Counted from the first letter of the stretch, positions 54,381 to 63,021 are shown. The stretch is 64,000 nt of DNA from an uncultured Terracidiphilus sp. (GCA_964408275.1 CAYOYX010000006.1:7307-71306); one strand, 5' to 3'. Program-made: numbers and translations. The notes: generated by a model not told the origin, from the sequence alone.

Positions 54381-54463
54381 TCAGGGCACGACTGGTAACT
54401 CAGGGCTTCAGCCCTGACTGCCGTATGTAATGCAATATCAACGCGAGCTTTAGCCCCTGAGGG
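54381..54463. repeat. Repeat family A copy (long variant, opposite orientation)
   Basis: tcagggcacgact..CAGGGCttcaGCCCTG..gctttagcccctgaggg. Confidence 0.8.
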
Positions 54464-54567
54464 ATCACAACAGGAACCCCTAAGGCATTTTTGAAATATG
54501 CTTTACGAACCTTAACTGCCGCACTGTCCACTGTTCAGCGTCCAATCGTCAGGAACGAAAACTACAA

Positions 54568-55029
54568 ATGGCTCATGCAAGACTTTCGCCGAGACAATAC
54601 ATCATTCTGGGGCTAGTCTCTGTCTGCGCGCCGGTAGGAGACTCCTGCCTTTCGCGCGGCATGGCTCATCTGACGGGAATATCGCTGGCTCATCCCATCA
54701 CACTCGTAGCAGCGGTCTTTACGCCGTGGATCGTGCTGGGCATCGCGTTGCTGATCGGCTTCTTCGCCAGCTACCTGACTGCGCTCTCGTGGGCCGATCT
54801 CACCTTTGTTCTGCCCGCAACAGGCCTGGGCAACGTGGTTGTTGCACTGCTCGCGCGCTTCTGGCTGCACGAACCGATCTCGCTGGCACGCTGGGCGGGG
54901 ATTGTGCTGATTACCGTGGGCGTGGGCTTTGTAACGCAGGGGCCTTCGCTGACAGAAAACACAGCCATTGAAGCGCCATCCCGCGCCGAAGAAATGCGGC
55001 CTGTCCTTGAGAAGGAGCAGGTGCGATGA
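54568..55029 (+). CDS. half-size EamA/DMT-superfamily membrane protein (subunit 1)
   Basis: About 4 TM. EamA-like C-terminal helix (HEPISLARWAGIVLITVGV). Confidence 0.7.
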   Translation: MAHARLSPRQYIILGLVSVCAPVGDSCLSRGMAHLTGISLAHPITLVAAVFTPWIVLGIALLIGFFASYLTALSWADLTFVLPATGLGNVVVALLARFWLHEPISLARWAGIVLITVGVGFVTQGPSLTENTAIEAPSRAEEMRPVLEKEQVR

Positions 55030-55433
55030 CGATTCCCTTCCCTGCCGTGCCATCCGGCCTCTGGGCCGCAGCCGCGATGATCGCCGCCATCGTGCTGGCA
55101 TCAACTGCCGGTGAAGTGTTGACCGCTGCGGCGATGAAGTCCGTTGGCGACCTCGATGAGATTCGCGCTCGCGATGGACTGATGGGCGCGATTCGCGCCG
55201 TCCTCACCTGCCCGCTCTTTTTTGCGGGCGTAGGCTTTCTCGCACTGGCTTTTTTCTCGCTGCTCTTCTCGCTCAATCATCTGCCGGTGAGCCTGGTGGC
55301 TCCGGCTTCGTCCTCGCTGACGTTGGTCACCAACGCCATAGCCGGCAAATTCTTTCTCAAGGAGAATGTGGACCGTCGCCGCTGGACCGCAGCTATCCTG
55401 GTCTGCATTGGGGTTTATCTACTGGCGCATTGA
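55026..55433 (+). CDS. half-size EamA/DMT-superfamily membrane protein (subunit 2)
   Basis: About 4 TM. EamA-like end (KENVDRRRWTAAILVCIGVYLL). ATGA overlap with subunit 1. Confidence 0.7.
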   Translation: MTIPFPAVPSGLWAAAAMIAAIVLASTAGEVLTAAAMKSVGDLDEIRARDGLMGAIRAVLTCPLFFAGVGFLALAFFSLLFSLNHLPVSLVAPASSSLTLVTNAIAGKFFLKENVDRRRWTAAILVCIGVYLLAH

Positions 55434-55541
55434 AAAGGTGAAGATAGAGGCACTTTCCTCGTCTCTGCGAAATAGGCTGCGTTTTGCAGATAATTATCCG
55501 TCGCCGGCGCACAATCAATCCATGACCACCACCCAAAGACC

Positions 55542-55620
55542 GGGCTTTTTTACTGACAACTGACAACTGAGAACTGTAGGGGTACCCCCCTACCCCCCTC
55601 CTATATTTTCAAAACCGTGC
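55542..55620. repeat. Repeat family B copy
   Basis: gggcttttttactgacaactgacaactgagaactgtaggggtacccccctacccccctcctatattttcaaaaccgtgc. Confidence 0.85.
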
Positions 55621-55626
55621 TGTTAA

Positions 55627-57051
55627 TTATCTAGTTAACACCATCAATCCCTGCGGCTTCAGATCGCGCTCAAAGCACTTGAGAGGTTCTCCGGCTTCCA
55701 TGCCTAGCGCTTCCGCGGCCAGATGACCGGAGCGCGCCGCGCTCTCCATCGTCGATGGCCAGCCGGTCGCTGTCCAGTCTCCAGCCAGAAAAAGCTGTGG
55801 CCATGACGAGACGGCAGACGGCCGCGCGGAATCGATTCCGGGACGCACACCGAAGGTTGCGTGCATTTCTTTGATGAGCGCGACTTTTTCCAGCTTGGCT
55901 TCTTTCACGCGCGGAAAAAACTCGGCAAGCTCGCGGAGCGCAAGTTGAATCGCGGCATCACGCGGCATAGCTGCGAAGGTGCGTGAGGCGCTGATGACTA
56001 ACTCGATGTAATGGCCGCCGCGCCCTTGCAGCTTCGACTGGTTGTACATCCAGTGAATCTCTCGGTCGAGCAGCACGGCGTGTTCGAGGTCGGTTACCTC
56101 GCGGTCAAACCACAGATGGACGCTGCAAAGCGGCCAGTGTTCATGGCGTTCAATCTGGCGCGCCAGCTTTTCCGCGCCCTCTTCAGCGGGCAGATGCGGC
56201 AGCAGTTTTTGCATCGCCTCAAAGGGCAGGGCCAGAATAATGTAGTCGGAAACCAGCTCACTCGTGCGTGTGCAGATCAGCCACTTCGCGGAGGCATCAT
56301 CCCAGGCCGCGCCTTCAACAAAAGTATTCAGCAGCAAACTGCCGCCGCGCTCCGTGATGAACGGCGTAACGCCCGCATACAACTGGCTCAGCGGAACTGT
56401 GCTCATTCCCATGCTGCCCGCCTCGGCGGAGTTCATGAAGAGTTCGCGAATAACTTTGGCGGCGTAGGGAACGGCAATCGAATCGATCTCTGCATTCATG
56501 GCGCTGGCGATAACCAGCCGCCAGAAGCGATTGATTGCGCCGTCGGTCTGCTTGTGCCGCCGCAGCCAATCGCCGAGCGATTCGCGCGTGTCGATCAGCG
56601 CCTCCGGCTTCATCATCGCTCGCATCGCGCGAGCGAGCGAGAGTTTGTCAGCAAGCGTGAAGGCTTTTGCATTCAAAAAACTGGGCGCTCCATGCAGCGG
56701 CGCGGGCAAACGCAGCGGACCAAGTTCGAGGGGACCGAGGCGCGAGCGTCGCCCACCGGGCTCAATCATCGTCATCGCTCTAGTCCAGTGAATGCGATCA
56801 GCGACGCCGATGCGGCGATAGAAGCCGAGGAGATTGGTGCAGCAACCAAAGAGAACGTGCTGGCAGTTGTCGATGACCTCATTGACACCGGGATGCAGGT
56901 AGGAACTGGCGCGTCCGCCGAGGTAGCCCCGCTGCTCAACCAGTTGCACAAGGTACCCGGCCTCAGCGAGAGCGCAGGCCGCGCTCATCCCGGCCACGCC
57001 GGCGCCGATCACCGTGACGGACTTTTGCGAATTGGGCTGCAAATCACTCAT
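55627..57051 (-). CDS. hpnE: hydroxysqualene dehydroxylase (FAD-dependent amine-oxidase fold)
   Basis: VTVIGAGVAGMSAA..E..GGR dinucleotide motif. Adjacent to hpnC and hpnD. Confidence 0.85.
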   Translation of the reverse strand: MSDLQPNSQKSVTVIGAGVAGMSAACALAEAGYLVQLVEQRGYLGGRASSYLHPGVNEVIDNCQHVLFGCCTNLLGFYRRIGVADRIHWTRAMTMIEPGGRRSRLGPLELGPLRLPAPLHGAPSFLNAKAFTLADKLSLARAMRAMMKPEALIDTRESLGDWLRRHKQTDGAINRFWRLVIASAMNAEIDSIAVPYAAKVIRELFMNSAEAGSMGMSTVPLSQLYAGVTPFITERGGSLLLNTFVEGAAWDDASAKWLICTRTSELVSDYIILALPFEAMQKLLPHLPAEEGAEKLARQIERHEHWPLCSVHLWFDREVTDLEHAVLLDREIHWMYNQSKLQGRGGHYIELVISASRTFAAMPRDAAIQLALRELAEFFPRVKEAKLEKVALIKEMHATFGVRPGIDSARPSAVSSWPQLFLAGDWTATGWPSTMESAARSGHLAAEALGMEAGEPLKCFERDLKPQGLMVLTR

Positions 57052-57183
57052 CCGATATATTCATCAATAATCCTGTCATCCTGAGCGAAGTTTGGCGCGC
57101 TCTTTGCGTCAAACGGAGTCGAAGGACCTGCGGTTGCTTTTGCTGTTGCTCATCAGTTCCTCAATGGTAAAAGCCCGCACACT

Positions 57184-57597
57184 TCAATTATCGGCTGATA
57201 CATCTTGCATTTTATTCCGCTTCGACTTGAGATATTCTTTGATCGCAGAAAGCCCACTGGTCAAAAGCCCCCCACCACATACCACAACGAATAATATTTT
57301 GAAAAATACGCCAGCCATCGATTTGTCCGTTGATAATAGGTTCCAGACGTAAAGACCAAAGGACAGAAAATACACTGCGTTTCTAGCCGAGGAATCACGC
57401 TCTTTGCGTCGAACCAAAATTGCCAACACGAAGGCGATCAATAATAAAGAACATATTTCATACTTGTCCGATAAATAAATAAGATGTGTCATTCGCAGAA
57501 TGCCATAGATACAGATCGCTACAGCGGTCAGCAGCACCTTTGATTCCAAACTCAATAATGGTAGCTTCATGGCTTTCCAATTCCTTTCTGCGGACAA
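57184..57597 (-). CDS. hypothetical 4-TM membrane protein, AT-rich
   Basis: Open frame between hpnD and hpnE. Hydrophobic helices. TTG at 57597 or ATG at 57570. Composition is much AT-richer than the operon. Confidence 0.4.
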   Translation of the reverse strand: MSAERNWKAMKLPLLSLESKVLLTAVAICIYGILRMTHLIYLSDKYEICSLLLIAFVLAILVRRKERDSSARNAVYFLSFGLYVWNLLSTDKSMAGVFFKILFVVVCGGGLLTSGLSAIKEYLKSKRNKMQDVSADN

Positions 57598-57614
57598 TCC
57601 TCAAAACATATTTC

Positions 57615-58532
57615 TCAACCTAACAACCGCGCCCAAAACATCTTCGCCATTCCCGCACAGAGAATACTTAGCTTATGAATCATCGGCATACTGGCGCGTC
57701 GTGAGAATACATCATAATCGGCTCTCTCGATGCGCTTGAGCAGCGAGTGATAGATCGTTACCAAAACCCACAGCGCCGGGCGGCTCTCGCGGTCGATCAA
57801 CGGCAGCAGCTTCTCAGCGGATTCATAGTAATTCTCGGCGCGCTGTGCGATGGCCGCCAGCAACGCTCGCTCTTCAGGCGTGGGCGGCGAGCCTTGCGCG
57901 CGATGGAGCAGTGAGTCGAGAGAGACCTTGTGAGTCGCCAAATCTTCAAGCGGTAGATAGACGCGATTGCGCTCCATGTCTTCGTTTACATCGCGCAGAA
58001 TATTGGTGAGCTGGAAGGCGACGCCGGTCTCTTCGGCGAGCTTCTCGGCGCGGGGATCGGTGTAGCCGAAGATGCGAATGCAGACCAGGCCGACGACAGA
58101 AGCGACGAGATAGCAATAGCTATATAGCTCGGCGAAGGCTGCGTAGGTGTCGGGCGCGGCGGATTCAGCCTGATCGAGGTCCATCGTCACGCCTTCGACT
58201 AGCTCATCGAGTAGACTGAGAGGAATGTTGAAGCGCGCGACGGCATCTAGCACGGCGAGGAAGACGGGGTCCGTATCGACGGAGACGGGACCATGACAGA
58301 CTTCGCGCCAGCCGGCCAGCCACGCATTCAAAAGGTGGCGGCGCTCTTCGCGCGAGAGGCTCTCGTCGTCGGCCAGATCGTCGGCCTGGCGCATAAAAGC
58401 ATAGATGGCGCAGATAGCGTTGCGGCGCGACTCCGGCAAGGCGACGAAGGCGTAATAGAAGTTCTTCGCCTCGTGCCGTGCGATCTGGCGGCAAGCAGCG
58501 TAGGCCGCATTCAATTGAGGATCGTGCTTCAT
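57615..58532 (-). CDS. hpnD: presqualene diphosphate synthase
   Basis: Squalene/phytoene synthase fold. FMRQADDLADD and NILRDV..D motifs. The start is set at ATG 58532 (ORF-track TTG 58547 would overlap hpnC by 4 nt). Confidence 0.85.
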   Translation of the reverse strand: MKHDPQLNAAYAACRQIARHEAKNFYYAFVALPESRRNAICAIYAFMRQADDLADDESLSREERRHLLNAWLAGWREVCHGPVSVDTDPVFLAVLDAVARFNIPLSLLDELVEGVTMDLDQAESAAPDTYAAFAELYSYCYLVASVVGLVCIRIFGYTDPRAEKLAEETGVAFQLTNILRDVNEDMERNRVYLPLEDLATHKVSLDSLLHRAQGSPPTPEERALLAAIAQRAENYYESAEKLLPLIDRESRPALWVLVTIYHSLLKRIERADYDVFSRRASMPMIHKLSILCAGMAKMFWARLLG

Positions 58533-58543
58533 GCGGTCTTCCT

Positions 58544-59542
58544 TCAAATCCGCGTCCCGATGCGCAGAAAGGGCAAGAACTTTCCGGTGACGGCGCGAGC
58601 AAGCAGCGCCAGCTTCCTGCTCTTCGAGATTGCGGGGCGCGAGCTGAGAACATCATAGCCTTGCCGCTCGATGGCGCGCAGAATCTCCAGGCCGCCACGG
58701 CTGAAGAGGTCGAGATCGACGGCCAGATCGCGATTGACATTGGCGATCAACGGCAGGCCTTGTTCAAACATCGCCCGCGCATAGTTGACCTCGCAATGCA
58801 TCAGGGCGCGAAACTCCGGAGTAAAAATGCCGTCGGCTATATACTCCTCGGATACGCCATAAAACTGCATATCTTTTTGCGGAAGATAGATTCGGCCTCG
58901 TTTGTAATCTTCGCCCACATCCTGCCAAAAGTTTGCTAGTTGCAGCGCGCTGCAAGTGGCGTCAGAGAATAGAAAGTTCTCTTCGCTCACCTCAGCGCAG
59001 GCGTACAGCACCAGACGGCCGACGGGATTCGCCGAATAGCGGCAGTAATCCAGCACGTCCTCCATCGTCTGGTAGCGCGTCACGGTCTGGTCCTGGCGAA
59101 AGGCAGTAAGCAGATCGGCGAATGGCTCTTTGGGAATGGAGCACTCGCTGATGGTCTCAGCCAGCGCGACAAAAACAGGATGGCGCGCGCGGCCTTCGTA
59201 GCAGGCATCCAATTCTCGCCCCCACAGATCGAGCAGCGCCAAAGCTGCGGCACTGTCGCCCACCTCGTCGCCGAGATCGTCGGAGACGCGACAGTAGGCG
59301 TAGATGGAGTGAAAATGCGGGCGCAGATTTTTGGGCAGAAACCACGAGGCTACATGAAAGTTTTCATAGTGCGACTCGGCCAACTGCCTACACCAGGTCT
59401 GAGCCTCTTCGAGCGACGGCGCAACGTCAGGGATGCGATAGCTTGCAGGCAATGCAGCCCAGCCGCGAGCGAGCAACTCCTCCTGAGAGAACGCCGTACT
59501 ACCGGGTGTCTGATTGACGGAATTCCTTGCTTTCCTTGTCAT
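58544..59542 (-). CDS. hpnC: hydroxysqualene synthase
   Basis: Squalene/phytoene synthase fold. YCRVSDDLGDE and FWQDV..D motifs. The start is set at ATG 59542, with GAGG just upstream. Confidence 0.85.
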   Translation of the reverse strand: MTRKARNSVNQTPGSTAFSQEELLARGWAALPASYRIPDVAPSLEEAQTWCRQLAESHYENFHVASWFLPKNLRPHFHSIYAYCRVSDDLGDEVGDSAAALALLDLWGRELDACYEGRARHPVFVALAETISECSIPKEPFADLLTAFRQDQTVTRYQTMEDVLDYCRYSANPVGRLVLYACAEVSEENFLFSDATCSALQLANFWQDVGEDYKRGRIYLPQKDMQFYGVSEEYIADGIFTPEFRALMHCEVNYARAMFEQGLPLIANVNRDLAVDLDLFSRGGLEILRAIERQGYDVLSSRPAISKSRKLALLARAVTGKFLPFLRIGTRI

Positions 59543-59550
59543 GGCTTGCC

Positions 59551-60603
59551 TCAAGGCACAATGGCGGTCTTGATCTCGTTCGAGCGTTTCATCAGCTTCT
59601 CAAAGACGTGGTTGAGTTCGCTGAGCGGCGCATGGCCGGTGATAAAAGCATCCGCCTGAAAGCGCCCGCCGGCGATCAGATCGAGCGCCTTGCGACAGAT
59701 GGCCGGAGTGTGGTGGAATGTGGCGCGCAGCGTGATATTCGAGTAGTGAATGCGATTGGTATCGAGTTTGATGCTCGTGCCCACGGCGCATCCGCCAAAG
59801 AAGTTGACCGTGCCACCCTTGCGCACCAGTTCAAAGGCTTCTTTCCAGGCCTCGGGCACACCAACGGCCTCGATGGCAATGTCCACGCCGCGATTGTTTT
59901 CCGTAAGCGCGCGGGTTTCGCGAATCGACTTTGTGATGCTGCTGGTCTGCACAACATGAGCCGCGCCAAGTCGCCGCGCAGCTTCGACCTGGCCGTCGTG
60001 CTTGACGATGGCGATCACCTGGCAACCGTAGAGCGCGGCAACGTGCAGAAGCATCAGCCCCAGCGGGCCGCCGCCGATGACGGCCACGGTGTCGCCGGGG
60101 CGCGGGTTCGAGTCCTCAAAACCATGCACGGCGCAGGCCAATGGCTCTGTCAGCGCGGCGTGCTCGATTGGCACATTGTCCGGCACGTGCAAGGTGTTTT
60201 TTTGCACGATGCGCTGCGGAATGCGAATGAATTCGGCGTAGGCGCCGTTATTGAAGAGCAGATTGTCGCAGAGGTTCTCCTGGCCGCGAGCGCAAAAATA
60301 ACACTCGCCGCAAGGGGCGGAGTTGAGGGCTACTACGCGGTCGCCAGATGCAAAGCCCTTGACGCCCTCGCCAGCCTCGACAACGGTTCCAGCCAGTTCG
60401 TGACCGAAGAGAGCCGGAGGCACGATCATGCGCGCATGATAACCGCGGCGAAATACCTTGAGGTCGGTGCCGCAGGTGAGCGCGGCGTTTACGCGCAGAA
60501 CCAGTTCGCCGGGGCCGGCAACGGGAACCGGCACTCGCTCTATGCGAACATCCTCGCGTCCGTGGAGGACCGCGGCATTCATCGTCGTCGCCTTCGGCTC
60601 CAT
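59551..60603 (-). CDS. zinc-dependent medium-chain alcohol/polyol dehydrogenase (paralog 1)
   Basis: Catalytic Zn ligands CGTD and GHE. Structural Zn CGECYFC..C. Rossmann VIGGGPLG. ATG 60603 lies 1 nt after the upstream stop, with an AAGAGGA RBS. Confidence 0.85.
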   Translation of the reverse strand: MEPKATTMNAAVLHGREDVRIERVPVPVAGPGELVLRVNAALTCGTDLKVFRRGYHARMIVPPALFGHELAGTVVEAGEGVKGFASGDRVVALNSAPCGECYFCARGQENLCDNLLFNNGAYAEFIRIPQRIVQKNTLHVPDNVPIEHAALTEPLACAVHGFEDSNPRPGDTVAVIGGGPLGLMLLHVAALYGCQVIAIVKHDGQVEAARRLGAAHVVQTSSITKSIRETRALTENNRGVDIAIEAVGVPEAWKEAFELVRKGGTVNFFGGCAVGTSIKLDTNRIHYSNITLRATFHHTPAICRKALDLIAGGRFQADAFITGHAPLSELNHVFEKLMKRSNEIKTAIVP

Positions 60604-60604
60604 C

Positions 60605-61678
60605 CTATCCTCTTCCCGCTCCATTCGCAGTTTCAATCATAATCTTCATCGAGTCGGCCTTAGGGTGCGACGCAATCTCAATCGCCTGAACCGCCTCTTC
60701 GAGCGGAAAACGATGCGAGATCAATTGCGTCATATCATAGCCGGTGCGATAACCGCCGAGAACCAACTCCTCCACTTCAGGCTGAATCGCCGTTGATGCA
60801 GAGTATGAACCCAACAGCGTCTTTTCGTCCATGCAAACCGCGCCGGGATCGAAGTTCGCTTGCTCGTGCTGGGTCTGCGCAAAGAGCAACACCTTGCCGC
60901 CGGGCCGCGCTGCAGCCATTGCCGTGGGAATCAGCGCCGTGCCGCCAACGGCCAAAATCACCGCATCCGCTCCTCTGCCTTCAGTGGCTGCGAGAACGCG
61001 TTCAACTACGTCCTCTGTGCCTGCCTGAATCGGTTCATGCAGGCCGAACTTCGCGGCGATGGCGTGGCGCTCTGGGTACAAATCCGAGGTCAGGACGCGC
61101 GCTCCGGTGCGGCGCGAGAGCGCAGCCAACATCACACCGATAGGCCCCTGGCCGATGACCAGCACCGTCTCGTCGGCGGCCAGATGGAGCAGTTTTACGG
61201 CCTTGAGCACGGTATTGACCGGCTCGATGAAGGCCGCCTGCTCGAACGGAACGCCATCGGGAATCTGCACCACGCCGCCCATGCCGACGATCCAATCCAT
61301 CACGCGAATGTACTCGGCAAAGCCGCCGCCGGAAGGCTCCATGCCCGCGGTCGCGCCGACTTTCTTGTAGACCGCGCACTGAGCCGGAGTCTGCTTGCGG
61401 CAGTAGTAGCAATGGCCGCAAGGGATGTGATGGAAGACCATTACCCGCTCGCCGACGGCAAAATTCGTTACGCCTTCTCCCGCCTGCACAATGGTTCCGG
61501 CCATCTCGTGGCCAAAGATGCGCGGCGCGGAGTGGGAGCCGGTGTGAATCTTTTTCAGATCAGTCCCGCAGACCCCGCAGGTGGCGATCTTCACCAGCAA
61601 CTCGCCGGGGCCGATAGCGGGCACAGGCACCGTCTCCAGGCGTAGGTCATTCACGCCGCGATAGACCACGGCACGCAT
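60605..61678 (-). CDS. zinc-dependent medium-chain alcohol/polyol dehydrogenase (paralog 2)
   Basis: CGVCGTD, GHEMAG, CGHCYYC..C, VIGQGPIG. The start is set at ATG 61678 (MRAVVYRG). The ORF-track extension to 61912 runs through a repeat element. Confidence 0.85.
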   Translation of the reverse strand: MRAVVYRGVNDLRLETVPVPAIGPGELLVKIATCGVCGTDLKKIHTGSHSAPRIFGHEMAGTIVQAGEGVTNFAVGERVMVFHHIPCGHCYYCRKQTPAQCAVYKKVGATAGMEPSGGGFAEYIRVMDWIVGMGGVVQIPDGVPFEQAAFIEPVNTVLKAVKLLHLAADETVLVIGQGPIGVMLAALSRRTGARVLTSDLYPERHAIAAKFGLHEPIQAGTEDVVERVLAATEGRGADAVILAVGGTALIPTAMAAARPGGKVLLFAQTQHEQANFDPGAVCMDEKTLLGSYSASTAIQPEVEELVLGGYRTGYDMTQLISHRFPLEEAVQAIEIASHPKADSMKIMIETANGAGRG

Positions 61679-61757
61679 CGTTGCGGGGATTGTCTCTGTT
61701 AGCTGCTTTGGAACAGGGCTCGACTCCGAGGGTAACAAATCTTCAATTGGTTTTGTA

Positions 61758-61836
61758 TCAGGGCACGACTGGTAGGTCGGGGTTTCAACCCCGACATGAA
61801 TCGCGTCAACAGAAGCGGGGGCTTTAGCCCCTGAGG
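61758..61836. repeat. Repeat family A copy (long variant, opposite orientation)
   Basis: tcagggcacgact..CGGGGTttcaACCCCG..gctttagcccctgagg. Confidence 0.8.
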
Positions 61837-61886
61837 AATGCTCGTCAGGGAAATAATTCAAATTCCGGCTCTCGTCTGAAACGTGT

Positions 61887-62609
61887 TTACCGATTGTTGT
61901 TTGGGTTTCCATTCAGCTTGTCGGGTTGACCTCGTTCATCCAGCAATTCCAGCAGTGAGACCGCGATGGCGCGGGCGGCCTTTCTACTATTTTCGCCCAT
62001 CCGGATGAGGGCGGGCCACTGCCACGACCTGACGAGCGCAAAAAAGACGAAACGAGTCAGTTGAAAGCTCCCGTCTGCTGATATAAATCGATTGAAATCA
62101 GGGAGTTTGTCCTTGTAGCCATCGCTGATTCCTTTGATGCAATAAAACGGAATGCCGCGCATACGGGCGAGGCGCGCGATAACGGTGGCCTCCATATCTA
62201 CGAGAGCGGCTTCATAAGTGGAGGTAAGGCGCTGCTTCTCGGCTGTATCGGCAACCTTTGAACTTGTAACCAACCAGCAATCATTTCGCGGACCTGCTGT
62301 AACAAACCGCTCGCCAGTCCGCGCATCAATCACACACGAGATATCGTAAGCCTTCCCAGATACAAGCTCCTCGCGCAATGCTCCCGCCCAGCCGGTGGAG
62401 ATGAGCTTGTCGATGGGGCCGAGTTTCTCGACCTCGGCAAAGGCTCGCGTGGCAGCAGAGACGCCGGCTCCGGCGCAAGCGGCAATCCACTCGCCGCCGT
62501 CAAAGCTCCTGCGCCAAAGATCGACGCCGTTCGAGCGCGAACGCAGCCAACCGCGCACGAGCGGCTTCAGTTCAGCGGGCATGGCGGCGATGATGGCGGT
62601 GCGTGTCAT
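61887..62609 (-). CDS. hpnG: hopanoid-associated nucleoside phosphorylase/nucleosidase (HpnG-like)
   Basis: PNP_UDP_1-like fold (AIIAAMPAE..., VDMEA, GISD). hpn cluster context. Confidence 0.7.
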   Translation of the reverse strand: MTRTAIIAAMPAELKPLVRGWLRSRSNGVDLWRRSFDGGEWIAACAGAGVSAATRAFAEVEKLGPIDKLISTGWAGALREELVSGKAYDISCVIDARTGERFVTAGPRNDCWLVTSSKVADTAEKQRLTSTYEAALVDMEATVIARLARMRGIPFYCIKGISDGYKDKLPDFNRFISADGSFQLTRFVFFALVRSWQWPALIRMGENSRKAARAIAVSLLELLDERGQPDKLNGNPNNNR

Positions 62610-62625
62610 AGATGGAGGTTCTCGA

Positions 62626-63021
62626 TCAACAGCCTTTCAAAAGCACAATGTCTTCAACGCGGCCGTCTTTCATCAATACCATCCAATTGCTGTTTCTGAG
62701 CCTCAGCGCTGGCTGCGAGGGGCGGCCTGAAGTCCTATAACAAAATCCGTAATAACCATCATCGGCTTGGCTTAATGGGGTTACGTAGCCGAATTTTTTG
62801 ATCAGCTCGGCCTCGGTTTTCCCCAATACCATGTCCTCACGGTGAGCATCTCCGACCATCGTTTCAAGCGCACTATCCGGGTCCAATGGATAGATACCAT
62901 GTCTCCATCCTATGTACCGCAAATCCTTCTTATCCGCGTCGTGATACAACAACTCCCATACTCCGACTGACAAGATAAGAACAACCACAATCATCACGAG
63001 AAGTTTGACCAGTTTTCGCAT
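62626..63021 (-). CDS. hypothetical N-terminally anchored protein (131 aa), lower GC
   Basis: ATG 63021 with a GGAGA RBS. One N-terminal TM (LVKLLVMIVVVLILSVGVW). No recognised motif. Confidence 0.45.
   Translation of the reverse strand: MRKLVKLLVMIVVVLILSVGVWELLYHDADKKDLRYIGWRHGIYPLDPDSALETMVGDAHREDMVLGKTEAELIKKFGYVTPLSQADDGYYGFCYRTSGRPSQPALRLRNSNWMVLMKDGRVEDIVLLKGC

Noticed and set aside
56011-60642. ORFs 56011..57084 (+), 58204..58740 (-), 59527..60642 (+), 60860..61645 (+)
   Set aside because: They overlap hpnE, hpnC/D and the two ADH genes in antisense or alternative frames. The annotated frames carry the FAD, DDxxD and zinc-ADH motifs.
61679-61912. 78-codon N-terminal extension of the second ADH (would overlap hpnG by 26 nt)
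   Set aside because: The extension is read through a family A repeat. MDR dehydrogenases normally begin at the MRAVVY-type strand, so ATG 61678 is preferred. It is not excluded, because the same repeat is apparently translated in scpA.
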